DNA of 64,000 nt from Octopus bimaculoides (taxonomy: Eukaryota): contig NC_068985.1 in the NCBI RefSeq assembly GCF_001194135.2, positions 54,389,659-54,453,658 on the forward strand, written 5' to 3'. This document shows positions 1-13,200 of the stretch, piece by piece. A program made the translations under genes and the position numbers. The first letter of the stretch is position 1. The number at the start of each line of letters is the position of its first letter. The notes below the pieces were generated by a model that was not told the DNA's origin, did not search any database, and saw nothing but the letters and a program-made list of their open reading frames with translations.

Positions 1-1035
1 AGAAAAAGTATCAAACCCTGTTATATCAAAAATATTATTCATTGATGCTGACAGAATAAAAAGTAAATTCATCTAAAGTGGATTTGATCTCAGAAATTTG
101 AAACACTGAACTTTAGATATTATGGAACATATTGCCATGTTAAGCACCAACTACCATTAGTGCCACTTAGCTAAAAAGAAATGACCTAATTACATCAAAT
201 GTCCCGACTTGACTCCTAAGAAGCCATAAATACATTAAACACACTACTGTCACCATGTCATGCAGTACCAATAATACCAAAATAACTTCTTTTGTCTAAT
301 CTAATTCCAAATATTTATATGTTTTTGTTAATAATTTGCTTTGTTTAAATAAATAGATACACAATTCAAACATTCTTTCAGTTTTATATAAGTGAAAAAT
401 CTTTTGAATTCTCTCACAGCAATGTTCTGACAAAGAAATTTGCAATATACAAAATTATCTTCCTGTCCACAAGTAAAAGCAGTTCAGTAAAATCAGTTAT
501 ATTTTAGAAAAGTTATGAATCTCAAAAATACCAATAAAAAATTTTTTTTTTAATTTAAAAAAAAAGAACATATCAAGTTCTAAGAAGACTAACTAAAATA
601 GATTAAATATTTGTAAGCAATAGAGAAAACAATCTATTTTAGACTCTTTAAAACAAAGTGCTCTTCTTTTGCAGCTACAAAAATAATAAACAAACAACAA
701 AATATAAATATTGCTTGATGTTTAAACTAAGAAATCCATCATCTCCACAAGTAAAAATGTTAAAAGATTCCAAACAACCTAAAAACACAAAGAATGACAT
801 TTCAGATAAATTTAAAACTTACTTTAATAAATTATGAAATATGAAGTTCTTTTATAAATTAATTACATTTTTTTTTTTTTTTTTAAATACTCAACTATAT
901 AATTGAAAAATACGTAATGGTTAATAATCATGCTTTGAACAGATTAGTTTCAACAATTTAATACAATAATACACAATAAAGATATCAGATGGTATCAGAT
1001 GAAAATTTCAAATAAATGTAGTAGTAGTAGTAGCA

Positions 1036-1107
<72 letters not shown>
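1036..1107. repeat. (TAA)n microsatellite; others at 2330-2424, 22252-22280, 28762-28812, 47480-47552, 54054-54096, 57725-57777 and 59133-59180
   Basis: Directly visible simple repeats. Confidence 0.95.
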
Positions 1108-2357
1108 GTAAGTGTAATAATATTATTAGCCACTAAAATAACTAGCTATATCTAGACAGCTGCCAAGCCTATTTGCTCTAAACCAAAGCAATGAAGTATG
1201 AGAGATGATGATTAAGTACAAATTTAATACGAAAACCTTAAGGTAGCTTTGTCAAGCAAAGAAGAAAAAAAACAAACAAGTCAGAACTATTAGAGAAATA
1301 TGAACTTTTACAATAGCAAGAAAAGTTCATGAAAATGTTAAAATAAATCTACCTTTAGAATGTCTTCGAAATCATGCATGTCAATGATGAAGAGCCATCA
1401 AGGTGTTGTTATTTGAAAACTATCTTAGTAACAAATATGCACGTGCAAAGAATATTTAAAGGATGAAAACATTGTCAAAGCCTCAATAAAATATTTATAT
1501 ATATCAAGCTTGCAAGTCAATTACACAACACACAAACAGTTTTTTCTTGCACTCTAAGATTTAATTTGGTTCGATTTAATCAATTTGAATTTATAATAAT
1601 AGACTTATTAAGCTCAAGTAAGTTTAACAATGAAATTACTGGTAAAACATTTTTTTAAAAAAGCAGAGATTACCTGAGATTAAAAAACATTAACCATGAA
1701 AAAATTTTTTTTTTTTTTTCTCTCAGTGGAAAAGATAAAATGAGACCAACAAACCAGTTCTCAAGAATGTTTAAAATTCCAATTTAAATAATTAATGATT
1801 GGCTTCCTTTATTTCATTTGACTTTAAACTAAATCAAACTTTGAGGTGAGAATAAAAATTCCTTATTAAAATATTAAAAACAAAACCATACAAATATAAA
1901 ACTGCAACCTTAAAATTGCACTTATAATTCCTATATATTCTATCTGATAAAAATTTTACACAGTAAATTGTTGAAAATAAATGTTTCCAAGATTAGCTAA
2001 CCACAATGGGTCAATCAGAGAGGGTACCTGCCACCGATGTAATATTTATTTATTCTTTAATATCACTTATGCATTTCTACAGAAATAAATATGAATTTTG
2101 ATTTGAAGTTTTAGAAAAAAATAAAGATAATTTAAAAATATGATTAATAGCAAAAATAAAGATTAAGACCATTTGCAAATAAAGTGAAAGCATCTTCCAT
2201 ATAGCAACATCAGCTCTTTCTTTCCTATCTTAGTCAATTCTAATCAATTATATTCTATACTGTTATACATTAGATAATAAAAGACTTAAACTCAATAACA
2301 ATGATGTATGCATGTATGTGTAAGTAAATAAATATATATATATTTATACACACACAC

Positions 2358-2405
<48 letters not shown>

Positions 2406-3297
2406 TCATCATCATCATCATCATTTAACGTCCGCCTTCCATGCTATGTACACACACATTTTATCAGTGAGTTTCTCTACCTTATAAGAAAACAGAAAGA
2501 CCAGAGAACAAGCCACTGCTTTAGTACAAACAATATTTACACAGCATTTCATTCATGCTTCATGAATTGACTGAACAGTTTGTAATTTTAAATGCCAGAA
2601 ACTTTCAAACCTATTTTACTCATTTCAAAGACCAAATTTCATCAACAAAACTGAAATGCCATTATTTTGTACAGAAAAAAAAAAGAAAAAAGAAGCAAAA
2701 CAAACAAGACTACATTCATTATAATCAGAAGCATCATCCAAATCGTATAAGCCAATGTTTTACATAACTGAGGTATACAAAAAAAGAAATATTTATCTGA
2801 CAAATAAATATATAAATAGATTATACCAATTTTCAATAAACTGTGTTGTATAACTTTTCTATGAAGAAGAGAAAACAATATCAGAAAAATGTTAGTATTT
2901 TCTATTCAGGAAGCAACAATATAGCAAGAAAATCAACTGGAGATCACTGAAGTGAATATGTATATATATATGTGTGTATATATATATAAATATGAGTTAA
3001 AAAAATGATCGAAGCTATTGAATCAACTATAAGGCATGCTCGAACTTTAAAATGAACAGCTTGCACGAAGTTGCTTTGAGTGAAAATTGCAATATGAACC
3101 ACGATTGCTTAGTCAATGGAGGGTTGCATTTCAGCTTAACATTCCTAGGAAACAATTTCCTTAAGCTTGATGGAATCTAACTCTCTAACCCAGCATGTTA
3201 AAGACTAGAGACCATTCCTTAGATATTCAAAGAAGCTGAATGTAAGCTATCAATAACCGTCCATTGCACATAAAGGCAGCTGTGCATTTGCATTACC

Positions 3298-3341
3298 TTA
3301 GGCCCCTGAAACTGGACTTTCGGCCGACACTGGTACGCTTG
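3298..3341 (-). CDS. Candidate terminal coding exon of gene A (..SVPVSAESPVSGA*; alternative frame ..KRTSVGRKSSFRGLR*)
   Basis: Acceptor tttcttttctatacaaaag at 3342-3343; locally GC/CpG-rich island in CpG-poor surroundings; followed by UTR-like sequence. Frame is ambiguous and an internal donor AAG|gtaatg also exists. Confidence 0.25.
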
Positions 3342-4865
3342 CTTTTGTATAGAAAAGAAATGAAGAAAGGCATATAAAGTCATCAAACTAACAATTCACA
3401 AAATAAAATATTAAATATATATATATATATATTGATGAATAACACAAGTGATTTCAAAATCTAAACAAAATAAATTTTAATATGATTTAATACAAATGCT
3501 GAAAATTCAACAATATTAAATTTTATTGATGATGAATAGTTAATTATAATTTATATATATATATATATAAATATACCAATTACAAGATATGAAAATTATT
3601 TTGATTGAAATTTTAATTCATGAAAATTTTATACCATTAAGCTTTAATTAGAAATTCTGAAATAAATTAATTGAATTGAATTTCATTTTCTTTTTTTACA
3701 CTTAATTTCAGCATTTAAGTAGGGGGTGGCGGATGTGAATAGAAATGAATACTAAATTGTTTAGGGAAAAACAAATGAAGCTTTCAGTAGATCATTTAAT
3801 CATTGATATATAGAAAGTGACAATAACAGGAAAATGGTATTTTAGTGAAGAAACTCAAAGCAGCCATGTATACATGGTCAATATGTGAAGGTATGTAGTT
3901 TAGTTGATTAAATGCCTGAGATGAGTTGTTAATAAGATGATCATTTCTCAAATTCCTAACCTCATTTCTAGAGATGATTTTTTTTAACATTTACATCTAG
4001 GTTACATTTCGATTAGTTTCATTTCCTACTATCATCAAATATCTTATTCTTAAATATACACATAGAACCAAATTAGATTTGAACAGTAATCCTTCATTTC
4101 TAAATCAAGGGTAATAATGCTCTAAATACATAAAAACTGTATCTACAACATTCCACATATTTGAAGAAGTTCTTATAGAGCATTGGAATACTGACAGGAA
4201 AGAGTACTAATATTTATTGTGTTTAGAATTAACTCGATGAGAAATCATAAATGCACTTCCATTTTTTAAACAATAGAAAGAAAAGTATTCTTTCTTAGAA
4301 TTATATATGAAATCAGAATTATATAAACAATAGTTGACTATAGTCACTATATTTTTAAATTTGGCATTAGTTTTCCAAAAAGGAAACAAAAATATAAAAG
4401 AAAACACTGAAGAAAAAAAGTTTCATTCTTAAAAGGTCGACAGCAAAAAGCAAGACAGTAAATTCTGTATTACAATATTAATTATGTACTAAAGTCCAAA
4501 GCCCATTGTTATATTAACTAGATAGAAAAAAACAAAAACACCAATTGTCAAGCACATCAACAAAGCAGTCTGGGAAGTCCAGAAAGAGTCAGAGGTACTA
4601 ACCAGCAATTTCAATAAAGTTTCGGATTTATAGATTTATTTGTACAACTGAATGTAAATATGTCCTTAATCGATGACAAATGAGATATATGTCTAATCAT
4701 ACAAGCTAAAAGAATCACACAGCTAAGGAATTATTGAAAAAGAAACAAAAAAATAAGAGCTAATTTCACATGGCTGTATCGTTAAAAAAGTTTGATGCGG
4801 ACGCTTCTGATGAGAATCCCATAAGGTATGAAAATTGAGTAAGGTTGTTCATCATTTTTAGGCTC

Positions 4866-5022
4866 AGGAGTGGCTGTGTGGTAAGTAGCTTACTTACCGA
4901 CCACATGGTTCTGGGGTCATTCTCACTGTGTGGCATGGTGGGCAAGTGTCTTCTACTACAGCCTCAGGCTGACCAAAGCCTTGTGAGTGGATTTGGTAGA
5001 CGGAAACTGAAAGAAGCCCATC

Positions 5023-5087
<65 letters not shown>

Positions 5088-5277
5088 TGTGTCTGTGTTT
5101 GTCCCCCCCAACATCGCTTGATAACTGATGCTGGTGTGTTTATGTGCCCGTAACCTAGCGGTTCGGCAAAAGAGACCGATAGAATAATTACTAAGCTTAC
5201 AAAGAATAAGTCCTGGGGTTGATTTGCTCGACTAAAGGCAGTGCTCCAGCATGGCCGCAGTCAAATGAATAAAAGAA
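4866..5277 (+). mobile_element. Full-length tRNA-derived SINE (family 1) with internal (TG)n
   Basis: Head ggctgtgtggtaagtagc..catggttctgggg; same family at 5280-5698, 8848-9035 (-), 11610-11960 (-), 19463-19600, 22310-22700 (-), 33845-34000, 41385-41530 (-) and 55200-55350 (-). Confidence 0.85.
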
Positions 5278-6499
5278 TTTGTAGCCATGTGATTATCAGT
5301 GCAGTACCATTGAGCAAGTGTCTTCTATAACCCAAGGAGTAACCAATGCTTTGTGATTAAATATGGTAGCCAGAAACTATAAATATATACACATACATAC
5401 ACACACACATACACATATGCATGCATGCATATATGGATGGATGGATGTGTGTATGTATGCGTGTACGCACCTTTTGTACTTGTGTTCCCCACCCCCACCA
5501 CCCACAAACATCAAATGCTTGATAGGTGATGTTGGTTTGTTAACACCTTTGAAACTTAGCAGTTCAGCAAAAAGAAACCAGTAGAATAAGCAGCAGACAT
5601 AAAACTAACTACTGGGATCAATTTGCTTGGCTAAATAAACCCTTCAGGGTGGTACCCAAGCATGGCCAAGTCAAATGACTGAAACAAGTAAAAGAATATA
5701 TATTATAGACATATCAAGTATTTTGTACCAGAGAAAGGAAACAATAAAGCCATTGAGATGAAAGCAACAAATTGAAAATAGCATCACGTCTGCAATATAA
5801 AAGGAACAGTTTTATGTGCTAAAAGTTTACAAATTGATAAAAAGGAAACAACCAAGCCTTCACAAAACAAAAATAATATTCAATTCAGACCTACTAACCG
5901 AGAAATGGACTACAATTAAGCATTAGTTTAAAGCTGAGTAAGATGATGACAATTATATTAATAGAGGTCAACAATACATTTTTTTTCCTCTACAAAAGTG
6001 TCATGGCAGAATATCTTAGACATTGGTACACCCTGTGTTTTAATTCTTACACATAGTGATGTAATTTAGACTTGCAGAAAGTTATTATGAATCATATTTT
6101 TAACAAAGTCAAACTACAATGAAATCTCTGTTTGATAACCAATACTTTCAGTTCTTACCTAATTTGGTGTCTTGGTAAATTACATAAACTCATAGCATTT
6201 CTGACAAACTAAATTTACTCCATAAAATTCCTTACATTAACAACTTACTTCACTAGGGTGTCTCCATCAAGAACTATAAAACATTCCCTTCTAAATTTCA
6301 ACGAGACTTACTTCAAACTTTAGTTTTATTGCATGGAAACTAATGTGACGTCTTAAAACAGATTATACTTGATATCTTCACCAAAGCAAATTTTTCTTTC
6401 AATACAATTTTGATCCATAACTGGGAAAATTAATACTGCTTGTGATGCTTTTTCACAACCATTATGTCAAGACAAGGGTACACACAAACAAGGCTGGAA

Positions 6500-7140
6500 A
6501 CATTATTATTATTATAATTATTATTAATAATTCACCTGTCACTATGTTCTGAGTTCAAATTGTGCTAAGGTTGACTTCGCTTTTCATCCTCTCAGGGTCA
6601 ACAAATTAAATACCAGTTATGCACTGGGGTCGATGTAATCGACTCGTCCCCTCCCCTCAAATTTCAGGCCTTGTGCCAATAGTAGTAAGAAAGATTATTA
6701 ATAATTAGCTGACAGAATTGTCAGTTCATCAAACAAAATGCTTAGTAGCATTTCATCCAGCTCTTTATATTCTGAGTTTGAATACTGTCAAGGTCAACTT
6801 TGCCCTTCACCATCTGAGGGTCAATGAAATAAAGTACCAATGAAGTACTGGGGTCAATGTATTCAACTTAACTCCTCTTTTATAATTGCTGGCCTTGTGC
6901 CAAAATTATTATTGTTGTTGTTGTTGTTGTTGTTGTTGTTATCATCATCGTTATTCAAAATGATTAGCTGCATTTTATCCATCTTTACATTCTGAGTTCA
7001 AATTTTGTGGGCCTACTTTGCCTTTCATCCTTTCAGGGTCAATAAAATAAGTACCATTTGAGTACTAGGGTCGATGTAATCGACTCACCCAAAATTTTAT
7101 GCCTTGTGCCTTTAGTAGAAAGGATTATTGTTGTTGTTGT
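6500..7140 (+). mobile_element. Three tandem copies of SINE family 2 with (ATT)/(GTT)n tails
   Basis: Recurrent ttctgagttcaaat..ctttcatcc..ggggtc..gtacc..ctggggtcgatgtaatcgact; other copies at 14497-14707 (-), 22738-22920, 37388-37580 (-), 50945-51170 (-), 57777-57990, 58764-59130 and 62430-62645. Confidence 0.85.
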
Positions 7141-7920
7141 TATTTACCATTCAAGTAGATGATTGACAAATATAAAAGAATAAAATATAAATAAAAATAG
7201 ATAAAAACAGCAATTAGTTTTATTAATATAACATTCATTATTTCTCCCTGTCACTCTCCTCCTCCTCTTACTCACTCGCACAAATATTAATGTGTCTTTG
7301 CTTATTCATTTATTTAACATCAATTTTTTCCTTGCTGACATAAATTGAACAGGAATTGATTTTGAGGCAGGATTTTCCTGCTGGCACTCTGCCTGTCACC
7401 AACCCCCACTTGATTTTCAAGTAATGGACTTTTACATACATATATTCTACAAGAGTCGATGAAATCACAGAACAGATTGGTCATAATGCCAACACGGAAG
7501 GTCACCATACATCAACACCACATTATTTAAACAGTGACAAGTGAAATGTCCACATTCACACACATTCTTACACACATCATGTGTGTGTGTGTAATGGGCT
7601 TAGTACAGTTGTTGTTTACCAAATTCACTCACTCGGTTCTCATACAAATTTATTCATTGTCCAGGGAGATGAGTGAATTTTCAGCAGGACTGCATTTAAA
7701 AGCAAGTGGTGGTGAAGCAAACTTCTCAACCATGCAGCCAACATTATCTTAAGTTGAACTGGGGCTATAGTAGAAGACATCTGCCCTAGGTGCCATGCAG
7801 TTGAACTGAACTGAGACCCATGTGGTTGGAAAGCAAACTTCTTAACCACACACCTGTACCTTCACCTATAAATAGCTTTAACATACATGTTGTAATTAGA
7901 ACATTACAATATTATTTTGT

Positions 7921-8213
7921 TGTTGGCATTCCGTCGCTTACAACGTCGAGGGTTCCAGTTGATCCGATCAACGGAACAGCCTGATCGTGAAATTAACGTG
8001 CAAGTGGCTGAGCACTCCACAGACACGTCTACCCTTAACGTAGTTCTCGGGGATATTCAGCATGACACAGTGTGACAAGGCTGGCCCTTTGAATTACAGG
8101 CACAACAGAAACAGGAAGTAAGAGTGAGAGAAAGTTGTGGTGGAAGAGTACAGCAGGATTCGTCACCATCCCCTGCCGGAGCCTCGTGGAGCTTTAGGTG
8201 TTTTCACTCAATA
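7921..8213 (+). mobile_element. Interspersed repeat family 3 (SINE-like)
   Basis: Shared core gtgcaagtggctgagcactccacagacac..tgtgacaaggctggccctttgaa also at 35288-35600. Confidence 0.7.
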
Positions 8214-8847
8214 NNNNNNNNNNNNNNNNNNNNNNNNNNNNNNNNNNNNNNNNNNNNNNNNNNNNNNNNNNNNNNNNNNNNNNNNNNNNNNNNNNNNNNN
8301 NNNNNNNNNNNNNNNNNNNNNNNNNNNNNNNNNNNNNNNNNNNNNNNNNNNNNNNNNNNNNNNNNNNNNNNNNNNNNNNNNNNNNNNNNNNNNNNNNNNN
8401 NNNNNNNNNNNNNNNNNNNNNNNNNNNNNNNNNNNNNNNNNNNNNNNNNNNNNNNNNNNNNNNNNNNNNNNNNNNNNNNNNNNNNNNNNNNNNNNNNNNN
8501 NNNNNNNNNNNNNNNNNNNNNNNNNNNNNNNNNNNNNNNNNNNNNNNNNNNNNNNNNNNNNNNNNNNNNNNNNNNNNNNNNNNNNNNNNNNNNNNNNNNN
8601 NNNNNNNNNNNNNNNNNNNNNNNNNNNNNNNNNNNNNNNNNNNNNNNNNNNNNNNNNNNNNNNNNNNNNNNNNNNNNNNNNNNNNNNNNNNNNNNNNNNN
8701 NNNNNNNNNNNNNNNNNNNNNNNNNNNNNNNNNNNNNNNNNNNNNNNNNNNNNNNNNNNNNNNNNNNNNNNNNNNNNNNNNNNNNNNNNNNNNNNNNNNN
8801 NNNNNNNNNNNNNNNNNNNNNNNNNNNNNNNNNNNNNNNNNNNNNNN
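8214..8847. other. Assembly gap; others at 15821-16147, 23615-23624, 30341-30548, 33145-33373, 52018-52027, 54360-54478, 55078-55174 and 58754-58763
   Basis: Runs of N, mostly flanked by microsatellites. Confidence 1.
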
Positions 8848-8887
<40 letters not shown>

Positions 8888-9929
8888 GCAACGGGCTTCT
8901 TTCAGTTTCTGTCTACCAAATCCACTCACAAGGCTTTGGTCGGCCCGAGGCTATAGTAGAAGACACCTGCCCAAGGTGCCACGCAGTGGAACTGAACCCG
9001 GAACTATGTGGTTGGTAAGCAAGCTACTTACCACAGATGCTAGACTTGAGCACTTCTACGGTGTCTATGTTTTTCGAAAGAAAATTATAATTATATATAT
9101 ATTTGTATATACATATACACACACACCTAATGAAATACAGTAAATAATTGGTAAAGCAAAAAAACTAATTCAGAATTAAAAAGCAATTGAAATAATTGGT
9201 TTGTTGTATTTTTATACAATTTATATCTTTCTTTTACATGTTTTAGATTATTGTACAATATATATATTTATGCCAATAACATAACAGATGTATTGCAGCA
9301 GTCACAAACTTCTATACACCATACACATTTACACTCATACATGTCAGGGTTTCATAAACACACACACAATTTAGTTGTCACTCAATTTCCTGAAAATAGC
9401 AGGAAATCATACTCTCATAAATCATACTCTTAAACAAAAACTGAAATACAAGCAATAGGATTGTTGTGGTTAAAACACAATTCATAACAGTTTTTGACAG
9501 CACAATAACACCAAAGTTTACTTTGAGTCAATGAAGGAAGGTCTCTGTGCAAGTACATGACCTGCAAAATACAGATGAATTTCCCACAAATCACACTGTG
9601 CTGTCTTAAATTAAGGATGGATATGGTGGCACCTATAAATATAGCAGACCATGGAAGAGCACCAGTGGAAGAAGTTGAAGAACAACTTCTTAAATGACTT
9701 TGGAATCCAATCTTTGATCTAAAGCCTCAGCCACAGATAGGATCATAATGACCAACAGACAACCGCCAGTATATACAACTATTTTTACTTGTCATTAATT
9801 ATAAACTCTAACAAAAATTAAACCAAAGTAGCAGCAACAAAGACACACCACCTTCAAAGACACTCCCTCATAAATTCAAGGCTCATCTTCAATATAACCA
9901 ACCTACACATTCTTTTCCCAACTCACATG

Positions 9930-10260
9930 ATTTCAAAGCACTACATTCAACAACCTTGACACAAGGAATAATGATGGTTTCAGCAGCAACAAAATCCCTA
10001 CTTGCACTACTGTAACTACTACATGTATCAGTAAAGCTTTTGACTCCATTCTCTGCCACCAATTTACAGTCAGCCATACAAAACACTGGCTAACAAACTA
10101 TTCTTCCTGTTGCCAAAGTTTGTTGTGTATAATCAAAAACAAACAAAAACAAAACATAAATAAATAAATAAATAAATAAGAAAAGATATAAAGAATCTGT
10201 AATTTCCCCCAATGAAGTACCACATGAAAACCTCTCTAGTGTTGGTGCCATATGAAACAT
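9930..10260 (+). mobile_element. LINE RT remnant
   Basis: ISKAFDSI motif at ~10025-10050; otherwise highly decayed. Confidence 0.4.
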
Positions 10261-13200
10261 ATGCAGTATACTCCATAAAGTGGTTGGTATTAGGAAGAAT
10301 ATCCAGTTGTAGAAACCACGTCTAAAATGGACTATATGAGATGTGGTCCTTTGAATCATATAGGAGGGCAGTAACCATCCATCCATTTTCTCTGCCTGCT
10401 ACTCCTGGGAGAGTCACAGAAGTAGAAATCTCAGTTGGAAGAATCCATCTTGCAACCCTTTCCTTGACATTCTAATCACATATCCCTAGTACCAGACACA
10501 TGACCCCTCAATGCAGAGAAGTAGCAGCTTGACCTGAAGAAACACCCTGACCTCTGAGCTACACAGACTGTCAAGTAACTCTAAATAAAAATCAACTTAG
10601 ACAGTAATAACCTCTCCAACCCATGGCAGCATGATGATTTTGTGGGGGAGGGGAACAAATGAAGAATTAGCTAAAACAGAAATCTTAAAATGCCTATAAA
10701 CTGAAAACTCAGAAATCTGCATTAATCAACTCTCTCAACCATTTTCCAATAAATCACACTTTAATTCTTAAAAGGTTGTCAAAAAAAAAATCTGTAAAAT
10801 CAACTTAACTATTCTCTCCACCAACAAACTAATAGATTATGAGAAGTCACTGAGTAGAGTATGAATAAGTTTTCTAGCTAGAAGAGGTGTGTCTAGGCTG
10901 ACAAGTTTTCAAAAGGAAAACAGTTGTGATGCTGATGTCGGAAATATATCATTTGTATGGCTGTGAAGCAAATAAATATTTATGAAAACTAAAACAAAAC
11001 TGAGAGAAATTTGATATACTTGATATGAAATATGAAACTAAAAGATAGACTAAGGATCAAAGGGGATAAGATATAAAATAGCAAAAGCATAAAATTTTTG
11101 CAACAGAGAAGATTAGGGAGATACTAAATGAAAGATAAGAGTTACATAACAAGAATAGAAAGAAAAAGTAAAAAGAAATGTGAAAAAAAAAATAATGAAT
11201 GCTAACTTCAGAATAAGCACTAGTAAAAAGAAAATGGAAGAGAAATGTGTGTCTAATGCCAAAGTGCGAAAAACAGACATTAAGAAAATTATTTAATAAT
11301 TTGAAATTGCACAATAATCAAAATCTATCATTTACTGCAGTCATAAATTCTTTTAGATATTTCAGCACTTAGTCTAGGCTCAGTTGTTAAATATTAGTTA
11401 TGAATTACCAATTGTTCAAAGAATTCCCTCACAACCACAAGTCTATCATTAAAATAGCTTGAAGCTGTTCTTCATTTTATCCAATTATGCACCTTTTCAT
11501 CTCAACTTTATGAAGCAAAAATGCCCAAATTTGCTCAAGAATCCATTGCAGATCATCATTTAAAGAGTGAAATCAAATTACAATGTAAATAAATCTCAAG
11601 CAATAAACTTATCTTTTACTTGTTTCAGTCATTAGACTGCAGCCATTGGTAGGACACCATCTTGAAGGGTTTAGTCAAATAAATCAATTCCAGCACTTAT
11701 TTCTTTTTAAGTTTGCTACTTATTCTATCAGTTTCTTTTACCAAACCAACACCAATTGTCAAGCAGTGGCAGGGGACAAACATAAGCATACACACACACA
11801 TATATACAATGAGCTCCTACATAGATTCCATCTACCAAATTCACTCACAAGATGTTGGTTGGCTGGGGGGCTATAGTAGAAGACATTTGGCCAAGTTACC
11901 ACAGAGCAAGACTGAACCCGAAACTATGTGGTTGCAAAGTGAACTTCTTAACCACACATTCAAATTGAACCTTTTATCTTTGTTTAAATATGAAGTTAAT
12001 GAAATCATTAATAAAACTAATCATGTAGCAAGTATCAAATATAGTTAAGATTGAAGAAAATAATTTATAAAGTGCCTTTATAATGTGGATTTTCTATGGA
12101 AACAAAGCATCAGATTTTTTTTTACTTTATTTCTGTTTATTAGTTTATCATTCCATTTCTCCATACCATGACTACTTCTCCCCTAATGATGCTTAGGACA
12201 GTTGGCTGGATCACAAAGATACTGCTACTGCCAGAAATGTCTGCTGGTAACTGACTATTGTAAATGTCATTACTTCCAAGGAAAAACTTTATGAAAATGG
12301 CAATAGAAAGGTCAAATGCATGAAGGATAACATGCTGACCTCAGAAAGGTCAACCGCATAGTTTCATGAAATAAGGCTAAAACATATTTTAGTTATACTC
12401 TTCAAAAAATAGTTTAAGTAAATAGATTTTAACATGTTAAACTGAAGAAGAAATCTAAAGAAGTGAAATATAAATATATTTGTACACTAAAAAGAAAAAA
12501 AAAAAGATATTATAAAACTAATCATTCACATGGTAATATACAGAATAAACGCTACAATTTTAGAGTTATGTCAGTCATTCACACAACTGCAAAACAGCTC
12601 TTAACTCTTTCAATACTAAGTGAAGTGAATTCACCCATATTAAAGGGTTTATATTTAAATTGTTCAAAATCTTTTTTACATGAATGATACCAAGAAGTTT
12701 TAGTCAGGAAACATTTATTATGCTGTCTTCCAAATACCAGTTTATCTATATATATATATATACATAAAAAGAAAGAAGCAGAGTAGATGACCCACTCCAA
12801 GTTCCTCCACTCTCCTGCCTTTGATACTGATATTCATTAATGACCATTTTTCCACTTGTGTTCACCATTCACTGCATTCACTTCTATCCCCATCTCTGTC
12901 TATCTGCCCACTCTGCTTTCATATTCATGCAAACTCACCAAGTCCAATCCTCTGTTCCATTTCTCTCATATCTACTTTCCTGTGATTTGAAAGTAAACAC
13001 CTTGACACTTCATTACCACCATCTTCTCTCTTTTTCCAGCTGGCATAGCCATGTGTTGCCTCTAGAGCAAGACACTTGTTCCAGTCCCTCTATCACTCTT
13101 TAACCTCTCATCACCTGGCATTAAACCACCTTCCTCAATACTACAAGCCCACTCAGTTCAGATGGTCATATCTTGTGAGCTCCTTGATGACCTCACTGGT

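Noticed and set aside
3846-3890. Plus-strand exon-like segment KKLKAAMYTWSICE with a gtatgt donor
   Set aside because: Isolated, weak acceptor, no partner exons, wrong strand for the local skew.
4770-4825. Plus-strand ATG..AG|gtatga segment MAVSLKKFDADASDENPIR
   Set aside because: It begins with a degenerate SINE head (catggctgtatcgttaaaaaagtttg) and opposes the inferred gene orientation.
4816-4850. CTGATGA..GAAA hammerhead-like spacing
   Set aside because: Stem II pairs poorly and there is no convincing stem III or cleavage triplet.
4866-4940. tRNA gene calls at SINE heads
   Set aside because: The tRNA-like heads run into SINE bodies and lack a full cloverleaf; no genuine tRNA, rRNA or snRNA gene was recognised in the window.
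8124-9143. Long ORFs in the track (also near 15.8, 30.2, 33.0, 54.1 and 55.0 kb)
   Set aside because: They are open only because they run through N gaps and microsatellites.
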